Origin: a virus
IMG/VR virus record: IMGVR_UViG_3300028840_003924
Location: 1 to 64,000 of that record
Strand: one strand, 5' to 3'
DNA: 64,000 nt
Under the pieces are notes generated by a model. The model saw only the letters and a program-made list of their open reading frames with translations, was not told the DNA's origin and did not search any database. Within the stretch, counting starts at the first letter, position 1, and each line of letters starts with the position of its first letter. This document shows, piece by piece, positions 34,045 to 43,517 of this stretch. The position numbers and the translations under genes are program-made.

Positions 34045-34659
34045 ATGAACATGCATCACGATTACGTTTTCCTTATCACCCACCTTGGCGCAGATACCAA
34101 TCCGCTTGTCGGGTCAATGAATACACATCCTGAAATCTCGGTCACAATGAACCAACTCGTGTATGCCACACCTCCCGACCTGCTTTATCTACGAGCGGCA
34201 TGCGAACAAGTTAAGCCAGCTAGGATTTACGTTGCAACTATTCTGCAAAATCATACCTTTAGGTGTCCATCGTTGTATTACCAGTGTAAGTTCATCTACT
34301 TTCTCGATGAACCAAATAGTACAATATCAGCGATCTTAGAGACGCAGTATAAGCCTGAAACTATCTTGAGCTACTATGCCTTTCGGTTACAACGAATTGC
34401 ACAAATGGCAAAAGAGACGACGAATGCCATGCTGATAACGTGGAAGGATATCAACCCGGAATGTGGAGAGAAACTGACCGAGTTCTTGCACCTGAAGAAA
34501 CCACTATCCGTATTCTGCGGTGCCGAAAAGGAAATACCCGAAATGACGACTCTAGGTGAACAATCCCACTCAATCTTTAACAAGTACTTCTCTAAGATTG
34601 AGGCGGTTTTTGCTCCCGAACATTCTCCTCAACTTTCCGAAGAGCAGCAGCCTTCTTAG
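34045..34659 (+). CDS. Degenerate sulfotransferase-like protein
   Basis: FLITHLG....L...MNTHPEI, KFIYFLDEP and LITWKDI...LTEFL.L follow the sulfotransferase layout, but the PAPS-binding residues have diverged. Confidence 0.5.
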   Translation: MNMHHDYVFLITHLGADTNPLVGSMNTHPEISVTMNQLVYATPPDLLYLRAACEQVKPARIYVATILQNHTFRCPSLYYQCKFIYFLDEPNSTISAILETQYKPETILSYYAFRLQRIAQMAKETTNAMLITWKDINPECGEKLTEFLHLKKPLSVFCGAEKEIPEMTTLGEQSHSIFNKYFSKIEAVFAPEHSPQLSEEQQPS

Positions 34660-34882
34660 CGTCTTCGGCGATTTGCTTTAGCCACTTCTCGCTCTTCTGT
34701 TTGGCTTCTTTTTGGAATCGCTCTACGAACTCGTTACGCTTAGTCCGTTTCTTACCAACGGTCCCAAGCGAGGTGAGTGCCTTGTTCAACAAGGCACTCA
34801 CCTCGGCCAAGGCATAATCCTGGCCACATATCTTAATAGCTGCTCGAATGAGTGATTCTGCTTTTAGGTGCGTCTTTTTCAA
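34592..34882 (-). CDS. Hypothetical protein
   Basis: 96-aa basic ORF; TTG start overlaps the terminase stop. Confidence 0.55.
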   Translation of the reverse strand: MKKTHLKAESLIRAAIKICGQDYALAEVSALLNKALTSLGTVGKKRTKRNEFVERFQKEAKQKSEKWLKQIAEDAKKAAALRKVEENVREQKPPQS

Positions 34883-36564
34883 AAGCCAAACTCCTTCAGG
34901 AGACTGTCATTGGGCCGGTCGATTGGCAGCACGATACCGGGAAGAACCTCGTCCTGTTCCCATGGCTCCTTCTCTGTTAGTTCTTTTCTGAAGATATCGT
35001 CAGGACTACTTTCCTCAATCTCTTTCCTGATTTGTTCGTAGCGGAACGACCCTTGTGCATCCGCTAGATTCGGTGGAACCTCCAAACCCATTGGGACTTC
35101 ACGCATGTGCTTATCTCGTGCGTACAGAGCGATTGCGAAAGCCATCACGAGATCATCGTGCTCACCCTTTTTCGCCTCGGCCCTTTTCTTTGATCGGTCG
35201 AAAATGAATGTTTCGAGTTCACGCACCAATCGGGTACTACAAATTCTCACCACATGGTTTTGCATATAGTCTTGCATCGTCTCTAAGAGAACCGGGCGGG
35301 TCGTGCGGTTTGAAACAATCCCAGCCTTCTCCGTCGTTCTCGTTCGCTGATAGTAGAGGTTCTCGTAATATAGACTGTGTTGCAACTTGTCAATAATCGC
35401 CAGACCTGGACCTGCATTCTCAACAGCAACCAGGGCGGTGTTGTAATAGAGGCCAATCTGGTTGAGGATCATGGCGAAGACGTTTGGCGGACACGTATTG
35501 CTACAGAACTCGGCAACCTGATCCATCGTGGTCATGTCGAAAATTTGAAAGGCGCTATTGTCTCCGTCGTCACCGACACCCTCTGCGGCATCGACACCGA
35601 CTACGTACTCGTGCCCATCCAACGGCTCCTGCCAAATCCACAGAGCACCCTTTTCCCAGGTGTGGAGGTCCGGATCGTCGCTGGGGTGAAGCTCAAATAG
35701 CCGCTGATCGCTGTCCCATTCGGAAAAGAGCCTTTTCAATACTCTCTTGTCCCTCGTTTCTTGATCCGCCCAACTCAGAACGTCGGCCTTTAAGTAACTG
35801 TCGCCCGAATCAAGGAAACTGCCTTCAAACTCCTGTGCCCATTTACGAGGACCTAGGTTGGCTTTCATTGAACGCTGCCACTTTTCGTCCCGATAATCAG
35901 GGTGTTCCTGATATTGAATGTTGACAACGTTGAAGTCATTTCGTGCCGCTTCGGCATCCCGATACATACGCTCGTACCAGTTACCAACACCATTAACCGT
36001 GGAAATTACGATTACGTTTCCACCGGTTGCAACCGTTGGGTACATACCGGCCCACGCATCTTCCATGTTTTGGATGAACGCCGCTTCGTCAATGATAACA
36101 TAATGAAGAGCCTGACCACGAGCACGGGCTGAACTTCCAAATTCCACCTCACTCTTGGTATCCAGAAACGTTGTAACATGCTTACTCTCTGTACCCATTC
36201 TCGGATAAAGGAATGGGTAGTCCTCACGGATAACATCCAAAGCTCGCTTAACGATCTTACCCGCCTTAATCGCTTCCATGTCTGTCTTCGAGATCACTAG
36301 AATTTGCTTGTTCGTCCTGAACATACACATCCAGAGACTCCAAAGGGTGGCGAGCGTAGTCAAACCACCTTGTCGAAACTTTCGCAAAATGTTGAATCTA
36401 TGAGTCTCAAATTCTCGCAACACACGTTGCTGAAACTCATATAGCTTAAACTTAACAGCCCCGTGTTTCAAACTACGAATTTCAATGTAGTTCGCAGCAA
36501 AATACTCGAAACTACGAGCACACTTCATCCACTCTTCCTCGTGCCATGGCTCGGTAAAGTTCAT
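34879..36564 (-). CDS. gp17: Terminase large subunit, T4 gp17-like
   Basis: RQGGLTT Walker A, IIDEAAF Walker B, IST.NG..NW, QEF, GVD.AEG...D.SA, HDDLVMA RNase H nuclease. Confidence 0.96.
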   Translation of the reverse strand: MNFTEPWHEEEWMKCARSFEYFAANYIEIRSLKHGAVKFKLYEFQQRVLREFETHRFNILRKFRQGGLTTLATLWSLWMCMFRTNKQILVISKTDMEAIKAGKIVKRALDVIREDYPFLYPRMGTESKHVTTFLDTKSEVEFGSSARARGQALHYVIIDEAAFIQNMEDAWAGMYPTVATGGNVIVISTVNGVGNWYERMYRDAEAARNDFNVVNIQYQEHPDYRDEKWQRSMKANLGPRKWAQEFEGSFLDSGDSYLKADVLSWADQETRDKRVLKRLFSEWDSDQRLFELHPSDDPDLHTWEKGALWIWQEPLDGHEYVVGVDAAEGVGDDGDNSAFQIFDMTTMDQVAEFCSNTCPPNVFAMILNQIGLYYNTALVAVENAGPGLAIIDKLQHSLYYENLYYQRTRTTEKAGIVSNRTTRPVLLETMQDYMQNHVVRICSTRLVRELETFIFDRSKKRAEAKKGEHDDLVMAFAIALYARDKHMREVPMGLEVPPNLADAQGSFRYEQIRKEIEESSPDDIFRKELTEKEPWEQDEVLPGIVLPIDRPNDSLLKEFGF

Positions 36565-36628
36565 TTGTCCTCCTAACTTATGTACAAGCTAAAAGAGTAA
36601 AAGCTGCCCTAGATAGCTTAACTGGAGA

Positions 36629-37327
36629 ATGAACATGTTCAAAACATTCAAGGAATACGTGCAATATCGTGAGGCGGTAACGCCTGTTGGGCGAAAAGGG
36701 CCACGTATATATAAGGGCGCAGAAATCCTCGGTAAGGGGCCCGAAGCAGAAGCGGCGTATCGCTCAGGCAGAACCGCTCATGAAAGGCAAACAGGTATGC
36801 CCGCACCACAAAAGGGAAGAGTCCTTGTCTCTGGTGATCCACAACTTGCGAAGAGGGCTTATGAAATCGGTAGTCCGACACCAGCACCAAAACACCCTAC
36901 TACAGGTGGCCCACCCATGAAAGCAACTTGGGAGTTTCCGCAACAACAACTCGGCGACCCTCGTTTAGCGAGACCCGGCGAACTACCCAAACCTAGCCCA
37001 TGGGCCGATAAACCTCACGATCTCGATCCTTTTGGTGATGATGACGATTCTTCTTCTTGGATCGATCTTGGCCCACCACTTAGCGATTTGCCAAAAGAAC
37101 CAACCGCCGAAAAAGGTGCAGATGCCTGGACCCAAACAGTTAATCAGGTTGGAGATCAACTCCTTCGGCAATATGGATCATCGGCTCTAGCTAGCGTACC
37201 TTTAACTACCATAGCAAAACTGCTGCCCAAAGGATGGACACCAGACCAATATGCCGATGCCGCAGATCAAATCGGGAAGTGGGCCCGGCAGCTAAGACAG
37301 GCCCAACAAGGAAGCCAACCCGCTTAA
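36629..37327 (+). CDS. Putative internal head protein, Pro-rich
   Basis: MFKTFKEYVQYRE N-terminus resembles T4 IPI MKTFKEF; CTAGATAG upstream. Confidence 0.65.
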   Translation: MNMFKTFKEYVQYREAVTPVGRKGPRIYKGAEILGKGPEAEAAYRSGRTAHERQTGMPAPQKGRVLVSGDPQLAKRAYEIGSPTPAPKHPTTGGPPMKATWEFPQQQLGDPRLARPGELPKPSPWADKPHDLDPFGDDDDSSSWIDLGPPLSDLPKEPTAEKGADAWTQTVNQVGDQLLRQYGSSALASVPLTTIAKLLPKGWTPDQYADAADQIGKWARQLRQAQQGSQPA

Positions 37328-37397
37328 TCTGAAATTCACTCAAGTTCTCCGTATTAGATGCCGATAACAATGAAAAGCACCTAATACGGAGATTCTC

Positions 37398-37796
37398 ATG
37401 TCACCAGATTTTGTTGATAAACTGAATGACATCATTGCGGATTTGTACGGAGGTTGGCATTTCTACACGCATGCAGCCATCGTTGTCGAGGGGCATGAAC
37501 GACTATCGCTTCAACAAGGTTTCCGGAATTTTGCCGCAGCAAACACCCTGCACATCGCACAACTAGGCGACCTGTTGCTCTTTGTTGGCGGATTCCCCAC
37601 AACCAAAGTTAATGGATGGCGATCCGACGTTACCGACCTACGACAAATCGTGGAACACGCCTCGACCAAAGAACAGGCTCTTCAGATCAAAATTGGAGAG
37701 GTGATAGCAACACCCTACCACATGAGGTTTCACGCCTTATCTGACTGCTTGATCTCTCGAATTGTGCATTTGCACCGGCTGATTGGGAGATCGTGA
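37398..37796 (+). CDS. Ferritin/bacterioferritin-like protein, degenerate
   Basis: LN..IAD......Y..AA..V.G......F...A.....H...L...L...GG.PT pattern; ferroxidase Glu residues missing. Confidence 0.6.
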   Translation: MSPDFVDKLNDIIADLYGGWHFYTHAAIVVEGHERLSLQQGFRNFAAANTLHIAQLGDLLLFVGGFPTTKVNGWRSDVTDLRQIVEHASTKEQALQIKIGEVIATPYHMRFHALSDCLISRIVHLHRLIGRS

Positions 37797-38377
37797 AAAT
37801 GCCGATAGAAAATGAGCTAAAGTTTGTGCTCAAAAATGCCGATAGTATTCAATATGAGGCAATGGAAGCTTCATACGAGTGCCTAAAAATCGACCAAGGA
37901 TATGTCGAGGCGGGGACTGACCTGACCGTCAGGGTTCGCAAGGTACTCAACAGGGAAGGAATTATTCGCCACTTCTTGCAGGTTAAAACGGATAGTAACC
38001 GTGGACGAATAGAGGTATCGACTTTGATCTCTGAAAAGGATTTCACTGTTTTTTGGAAAAAGGCTAAAGGAAAGCTCTTCAAAATCCGATACCTGATAAA
38101 GAGCAAGACACACGACTATCATGAGGACCATGATGGTCATCTATGGACGGAAATCTGGGAGATGGACTTCTTGAAGACAGGAGATAATGTGACATACTTC
38201 TCGGTCTCAGAAGTTGAACTGCCAGAAGGAGTGAAGGAACCACTCTTTGAGGTTCCTGATGTGATCAGGAATAATACCGTGTTTAGAGTCCCACCGGGGG
38301 ACTCTCGGTTCTCAAACAGTCGCTTGGTAGACGTAGGATACGCTACCGAGTTGTACAAGTCACTGTTCGCCACGTAA
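37793..38377 (+). CDS. CYTH (triphosphate tunnel metalloenzyme) domain protein
   Basis: IENELKF (ExExK), I.QGY, VRVR, KIRY, WEMDF, EVEL, SN..L. Confidence 0.88.
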   Translation: MKMPIENELKFVLKNADSIQYEAMEASYECLKIDQGYVEAGTDLTVRVRKVLNREGIIRHFLQVKTDSNRGRIEVSTLISEKDFTVFWKKAKGKLFKIRYLIKSKTHDYHEDHDGHLWTEIWEMDFLKTGDNVTYFSVSEVELPEGVKEPLFEVPDVIRNNTVFRVPPGDSRFSNSRLVDVGYATELYKSLFAT

Positions 38378-38393
38378 GTAGTGAGGTAAGAAC

Positions 38394-38648
38394 ATGCAAG
38401 TACCAGAAACGGTTTACCCCGTCATTCGCAACAAGCCCGTTGCGAAGTTCCGTTACAAGGGTTCGCACACTAAGCCAGTGCGTCGAACCGTCCTTTTGAC
38501 GGAAATCAAGCAAGCAACCCTAACGGGTTACGAGCTTCGTGCGGGAAACGACACCCGTGATCCTGAGGATGAAGTTATCCGGTCGTATAGCCGAGACGAC
38601 ATCCTCGATCTGGAACGCTTCTCGTGGGCTGATTGCGACAACGTCTGA
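38394..38648 (+). CDS. Standalone WYL-like domain protein
   Basis: FRY......RRTV.......L.GYE......IRSYSRDDI pattern. Confidence 0.55.
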   Translation: MQVPETVYPVIRNKPVAKFRYKGSHTKPVRRTVLLTEIKQATLTGYELRAGNDTRDPEDEVIRSYSRDDILDLERFSWADCDNV

Positions 38649-38665
38649 CGACAGTAAGGAACATT

Positions 38666-38698
38666 GCCCACCGTCCCGGCTTCGCCGGGACGGTGGGC
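38666..38698. terminator. GC-rich hairpin with 15-bp arms
   Basis: GCCCACCGTCCCGGC-TTC-GCCGGGACGGTGGGC; no poly-T tail. Confidence 0.55.
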
Positions 38699-38784
38699 TG
38701 ACCTACTGTCCCAAAGCGTTCTGATCTTGATAGGTCAGGACAACGAAACGAAAATGAAACGAAAGCATCTTAATGGAGTTTAAC

Positions 38785-39324
38785 ATGAAATGTTGCCATG
38801 AACACAATGACCAAAACTGTGACCTCACTGAGCCAGTACAGGGTCTGCGAGTGAAAGAGCGAGTCGTCAAGGATGTACTCGATGACGGCTCCAAGCAGTG
38901 TATGCACGAAACCTACGAGGAAGTCGTGCCAATGAGACTCAGCAAACGAGTCATAAGAAAAGTTGCGGATGTGCCCATCGAAGAAAAGGTTGAAGTGTTC
39001 GGTGAGGATGGATCAATCGATACAACCGTCAGAACTCTTTCACCTGACCAACTTGATCTCGATCACCAACCTACAACTTTGGAGAGTATCGAGTCCGAAC
39101 TGCATGCCCTTCGCAACGATATGCAAGGTGCTCGTACCTGCAAATCGAAGCCTGCGAAGAAGCACATGTTCATGAAGAAGGCACAAACTCGTTATGGTGG
39201 GGCTCCTGCTGAGCAGGAAATCCAGGTTTCAACTGGCTCAAAGGGCGAGTTGCTGATCACCGCCATTTCGTGGGCCGTCTTCGCCATCGCAGCCGGTCTC
39301 CTTACTTACATGGTGATCACCTAA
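38785..39324 (+). CDS. Hypothetical protein with C-terminal transmembrane helix
   Basis: GGAG SD; hydrophobic C-terminus LLITAISWAVFAIAAGLLTYMVIT. Confidence 0.7.
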   Translation: MKCCHEHNDQNCDLTEPVQGLRVKERVVKDVLDDGSKQCMHETYEEVVPMRLSKRVIRKVADVPIEEKVEVFGEDGSIDTTVRTLSPDQLDLDHQPTTLESIESELHALRNDMQGARTCKSKPAKKHMFMKKAQTRYGGAPAEQEIQVSTGSKGELLITAISWAVFAIAAGLLTYMVIT

Positions 39325-39384
39325 CCCGATCACCATTGTCGATGCAGCCGTTTCACTGCCGTCGTGGTCGTTCCATGCCCGGTT

Positions 39385-39416
39385 CAAAGCCTCGGTCCAT
39401 ATGGACCGAGGCTTTG
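39385..39416. repeat. Perfect 32-bp palindrome between convergent genes
   Basis: CAAAGCCTCGGTCCAT|ATGGACCGAGGCTTTG. Confidence 0.9.
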
Positions 39417-39905
39417 TCACTCTCTACATGGCTGGAATGATACCTGCTTGCGAACCTTGTCCCAATCCTTATTGGGATGTTCTTTTGAGAAATATCGCCT
39501 CGCCAATTTGTCAGCTTCCGCTGCTAGTTCTTCTCTCCATTCTTCATGTTCACAAGCGCTTTCGATATAACCGAGTGAATCCGTCTGTGGGCCCGAACCG
39601 AAGTCCAACATGATCGTTGCTTCAAAACGATGTAACGGCGCTGAAGACTCTTCGACCACCTCTTCCTCGTCGGCATACGACCAACCGATATACGCTTCGA
39701 TGAAGTTCAAAGCAGCCTCTTCACTCTCGAAGCCAAGGGTGGTCGCCTCCCCATCAAGGTAGAGTCGCTCGTCCGCAGCAGTTGCGACCTTCTTCACATG
39801 ATGGGTATGTTCGGTGCCAGCGGGGGCCGGATAAACCAGAACACCATGTTCGGACAATTCCTTGTAGAACGCTGCTCGTTCCTGACTATTCATCAGAATC
39901 TCCAT
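39417..39905 (-). CDS. Hypothetical protein
   Basis: 162-aa acidic ORF in a minus-strand gene run. Confidence 0.65.
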   Translation of the reverse strand: MEILMNSQERAAFYKELSEHGVLVYPAPAGTEHTHHVKKVATAADERLYLDGEATTLGFESEEAALNFIEAYIGWSYADEEEVVEESSAPLHRFEATIMLDFGSGPQTDSLGYIESACEHEEWREELAAEADKLARRYFSKEHPNKDWDKVRKQVSFQPCRE

Positions 39906-40100
39906 TCATATAAGCGGCCACTTACTGACAAGAGCTATGAATCCGCACACCAAACACTCGATTACCCGGCGTTCTCCAGCTTCGTGCTTGGAGTTCCAAA
40001 GATTGACATAGACGCAATATTCGCCTTGGCATGCTTTCATTTCGTCGCCTGCCTCTTTGAGCTTGGATTTGCACTCTGGGCACGTCATAATGGCTGCCAT
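39906..40100 (-). CDS. Small Zn-ribbon protein
   Basis: CPEC...C...C...CLVC; GGAGG SD. Confidence 0.6.
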   Translation of the reverse strand: MAAIMTCPECKSKLKEAGDEMKACQGEYCVYVNLWNSKHEAGERRVIECLVCGFIALVSKWPLI

Positions 40101-40126
40101 GAGACACCTCCAGTTTCATTGATAAA

Positions 40127-40678
40127 TCACACGCCCCAGTTTTTGCGGAGATATTCAAACAACCGCTTCATACGGCCCTGACCTTCCTTGTCTTCTTCCG
40201 ACTTTTTTTCCTTCTCCTGTTCCCGGTTGCGCTTCTGGGCGAGGCGATAGAATGATTCGATATGTGGTTCCCATTGTTCTGAGGGTAGATAACAGGTCAC
40301 CTGTCCTCTTATTTCCCGATATACTAGGATACCATCAAACGTCACTTTGATCAACTCCTCATTTTCTCGGTAAAAAATCTGAAGGTTGAGCCCACTGCTC
40401 AGGGCGTCAAAATACCTTATTCCAGTCCCCGTTCCCGCATCCAAATCCGCAACAGGCAGACCTTCCACTGTATCGTCACTCAAATCCCACTCCCAACCCT
40501 CCGAAAGTTGTGGGCTAGTGCTATGGGCGTAACCGCCTTCAAATGCTGACCCGCTTCCACCCTCTGATCGCACAGCGAATCCGAGTGCCTGAATGATAAG
40601 TTTGAATTTACGGGAGAGGTTTTTTCTCGAAGCTTCAGCCTGCCGCTCCTCAACGATCTTCTGGATATTCTCTTGCAT
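40127..40678 (-). CDS. Hypothetical protein
   Basis: 183-aa ORF; AGGAGG SD. Confidence 0.7.
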   Translation of the reverse strand: MQENIQKIVEERQAEASRKNLSRKFKLIIQALGFAVRSEGGSGSAFEGGYAHSTSPQLSEGWEWDLSDDTVEGLPVADLDAGTGTGIRYFDALSSGLNLQIFYRENEELIKVTFDGILVYREIRGQVTCYLPSEQWEPHIESFYRLAQKRNREQEKEKKSEEDKEGQGRMKRLFEYLRKNWGV

Positions 40679-40686
40679 CCGACCTC

Positions 40687-41151
40687 CTAAAGGACACGCA
40701 CGATACTGTCGCCGTTGTGAAGAATGATGCCAAAGATGTAATCCCTGATGGGGACCATATCATTATACTGCCAGCGTGTTGGCAATAAGGTGTTCGCTAC
40801 CCTTTTCCAGAACGGTAACTTACGTTGAACATTGCTGTTATCCACGATCTCCAATATCTGTTCATGCGTTCGCACCGGCATGTCATACCACGCTCTGGCG
40901 GCGAGTTGAAAACGGTTGTAGCGACGAAGAATAATGATAGGAGCGATGATGCGAACAGCGGGTTCCTTAGGTCCTGTCGCCAAAGCATAAATCCGTGGCC
41001 AAGAGGCATTCGATTCAGAGTAATCAAATTTGAAGAAGAACTCATTACCCCGATGACCGATTCGTTTGGGGAAGTTGTAAATCACTTTACTCCCTGCGAG
41101 TCCCCACATTCTGTACGCCTCTAACCGCAGTTGTCTTATATTTGTACACAT
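40687..41151 (-). CDS. Hypothetical protein
   Basis: 154-aa ORF co-oriented with the downstream genes. Confidence 0.55.
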   Translation of the reverse strand: MCTNIRQLRLEAYRMWGLAGSKVIYNFPKRIGHRGNEFFFKFDYSESNASWPRIYALATGPKEPAVRIIAPIIILRRYNRFQLAARAWYDMPVRTHEQILEIVDNSNVQRKLPFWKRVANTLLPTRWQYNDMVPIRDYIFGIILHNGDSIVRVL

Positions 41152-41181
41152 AGCAGGGGTATATATCCTTAGGAGGTGGTA

Positions 41182-42681
41182 ATGGGCTTTATGAACCTTT
41201 TCAAGCTGTGGGGGACCTACATCAGTGACCCCACTAAGAAAGTAACATCAACGAGAGATGTGAAAGTGAAACGCACGAAAAAGCAACAAGTCATGCGATA
41301 TCTGCTGAATGATCCTGCTACGCCCAACTTGGTATTGGACCGTAAGTCTAATCGTCTTCCAACGGTCTACCCACCTTTTAGTGTACGTGGCTATGTGGGT
41401 AACCGAATCCAAATGTGGACGCCCGAGTGGCGTGCTGCGCAGATACACCATGCCTTTGTCGATACATTGCATACTATGCAACCGGCTTTCAAAAAAGCCC
41501 CTCGACGTTGGCCGGGGACACGCCAACTAAAACTGATTCCGAATGCCGGTCGTGACTTCAACGCTTACTATGATAGGCACCACCTGTGCTTCTTCCATGA
41601 TCTTGATCCGGTAAAGAAGAAGATGGTTTACAGCGGCGAATCGGTAGACATCGTTGCCCACGAAGCTGGGCACGCTTTACTCGATGCTATTCGCCCGAGA
41701 TTCTGGAATATGCAAGCGTTAGAGATATGGGCGTTCCACGAAGCGTGGTCAGACATCGTTGCCCTTCTTACAGTTATGAAGCATGACAAAGTGCTAAAGC
41801 ATGTACTGAATCAAACCCAAGGCGATTTGACAAAGCCAAACATAGTAGCGATGCTTGGTGAAGAGATGGGCACCGGAATCTACCACGTCGCCCTTGAGGG
41901 ATATGGCTACAAGCCAGGGCGGCTGCGAGATGCCAACAACAAATTCGTCTACAAAGCTCCAGAAAAGCTTCCTAAGGACGCTCCCGACGACAAGTTAGCT
42001 CGTGAGTGCCATAGCTTTGGCCGGGTTTTCTTAGGAGCTTTCTATGAAATCATGACGAAGGTCTTTCGCTACGAAGTTAACGATGGCCACGATTCTATGG
42101 AGGCCCTACGTCGAACTCGACATGTATGTGCCAAATTGATTGCTAGGTCTGCGCAAGCTGCACCAGCTACACCTCGTTTCTACGACGCAGTGGCCAGAAC
42201 CATGCTGGGTGTCGACAAAGGTCTCGGTGGAAAATTCGGCCATATCTTACGACAGGTTTTCAACTCCAGAAAAATTCTGAGTCGGCGAAGTATCAAAGCA
42301 CAAGCTGCCGTGAAGCTCAACGAAGTCGAGATTAAAGAAGGCGATAACGTAGATGAATACAACGAGTTCACCACTATCACCAAACAGTCGGTCAAAACTG
42401 TAAAACTGGCTGATCACTTTGGTGTACGAGCGCAAGGTGATAACCCACTCTACGAGTGCGAAATTGAAGTGCCAAATAGCACATACATGGAGTTCGATGC
42501 CGAAGGCAACATGGTGAATAGTGTCGCTACTTCGCCACGCATTGCAATCAATTCGGCTCGTGACTGCATCAATTTCTTGCACGATAAGAATATGGTGGGC
42601 GAATCATCGGTCGTGCCGGATGTGGCAGGCCCGCAATTTTCAGTTGTCGATGGAAAATTAGTCAGGAATTTCTTCATCTAA
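41182..42681 (+). CDS. Zinc metalloprotease, thermolysin/M4-M36-like
   Basis: NAYY, DIVAHEAGHA (HEXXH), AFHEAWSD third ligand, ECH; AGGAGG SD. Confidence 0.85.
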   Translation: MGFMNLFKLWGTYISDPTKKVTSTRDVKVKRTKKQQVMRYLLNDPATPNLVLDRKSNRLPTVYPPFSVRGYVGNRIQMWTPEWRAAQIHHAFVDTLHTMQPAFKKAPRRWPGTRQLKLIPNAGRDFNAYYDRHHLCFFHDLDPVKKKMVYSGESVDIVAHEAGHALLDAIRPRFWNMQALEIWAFHEAWSDIVALLTVMKHDKVLKHVLNQTQGDLTKPNIVAMLGEEMGTGIYHVALEGYGYKPGRLRDANNKFVYKAPEKLPKDAPDDKLARECHSFGRVFLGAFYEIMTKVFRYEVNDGHDSMEALRRTRHVCAKLIARSAQAAPATPRFYDAVARTMLGVDKGLGGKFGHILRQVFNSRKILSRRSIKAQAAVKLNEVEIKEGDNVDEYNEFTTITKQSVKTVKLADHFGVRAQGDNPLYECEIEVPNSTYMEFDAEGNMVNSVATSPRIAINSARDCINFLHDKNMVGESSVVPDVAGPQFSVVDGKLVRNFFI

Positions 42682-42732
42682 AGGGTCCGAAAAGCCGATA
42701 AAGGTAAAAAGGACTCTTATGGAGAAATCAAG

Positions 42733-43047
42733 ATGTTGGAATTGACCAAAGCAAATTTCAAAGAAGAAGTACTGGACTCCGATAAGCCCGTTCTGGTGGA
42801 TTTCTGGGCCCAATGGTGTGGCCCGTGCCGTCAACTGGCTCCCACTATGGAGGAGATCGATGCCGAATTAGGCGATAACGTCAAGATCGGTAAAGTCGAC
42901 ATCCAGAAACAAATCGAACTAGCCCAAGAGTGGAAGGTTTCCGCCATACCAACCGTGATCATCTTCCAAGATGGCAAAGTAGTAGATAGCGTGATTGGGC
43001 TTCAACCAAAAGCGGCTTATGTCGAACACGTTCAATCGCTTCTATAG
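42733..43047 (+). CDS. trxA: Thioredoxin
   Basis: VLVDFWAQWCGPC, IPT. Confidence 0.96.
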   Translation: MLELTKANFKEEVLDSDKPVLVDFWAQWCGPCRQLAPTMEEIDAELGDNVKIGKVDIQKQIELAQEWKVSAIPTVIIFQDGKVVDSVIGLQPKAAYVEHVQSLL

Positions 43048-43463
43048 CGATTTAAGCGATCCGGCATTTCCCGATAGTCAATAATGTCCAGTTGGTCTTG
43101 TAACTCAGTGAAGATCAGATCGGCGTATGGTTTATCTCCCATGAAGTTGACTCGTATACTGACTTTTGAAATGAAGGGCTCGATCTTCACCACATTGATC
43201 TTAAACCGGTCATTTTCGCCGACTTCAACATAGTAATCGCCGTCACCCTTATCCTCGTCGGCGTGAACGGGATACTCAAACTTAGCCACTGTTCGCTTGA
43301 CAGCCTTGTATGCGGTTCTACTATCCGTGGCGAAATAGGCGTGTCCCTCCCCAGCCCTCCAAGCTACGTAAGCATTAACCGCAGGGCCGAATATCGGTAT
43401 TATCTCACAACCGGCAAAGGCTAGAGGAAGCATCATCATCATACAAACCAACGCTTTCTTCAT
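43032..43463 (-). CDS. Lipoprotein (DUF3568-like)
   Basis: MKK, hydrophobic stretch and FAGC lipobox; KVSIRV..GD.....I C-terminus. Confidence 0.7.
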   Translation of the reverse strand: MKKALVCMMMMLPLAFAGCEIIPIFGPAVNAYVAWRAGEGHAYFATDSRTAYKAVKRTVAKFEYPVHADEDKGDGDYYVEVGENDRFKINVVKIEPFISKVSIRVNFMGDKPYADLIFTELQDQLDIIDYREMPDRLNRYRSD

Positions 43464-43517
43464 TTCTTATCCTACTGCTACTAGATAGTGGTAACCACAA
43501 GTTAAGAGAGTAAGATT

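Noticed and set aside
40687-41151. Further MCP fragment (FFFKFDYS; PIIILRRY)
   Set aside because: Similarity to MCP LVYYLRFRY and IPLVRRIY is too weak and out of order to claim without a profile search.
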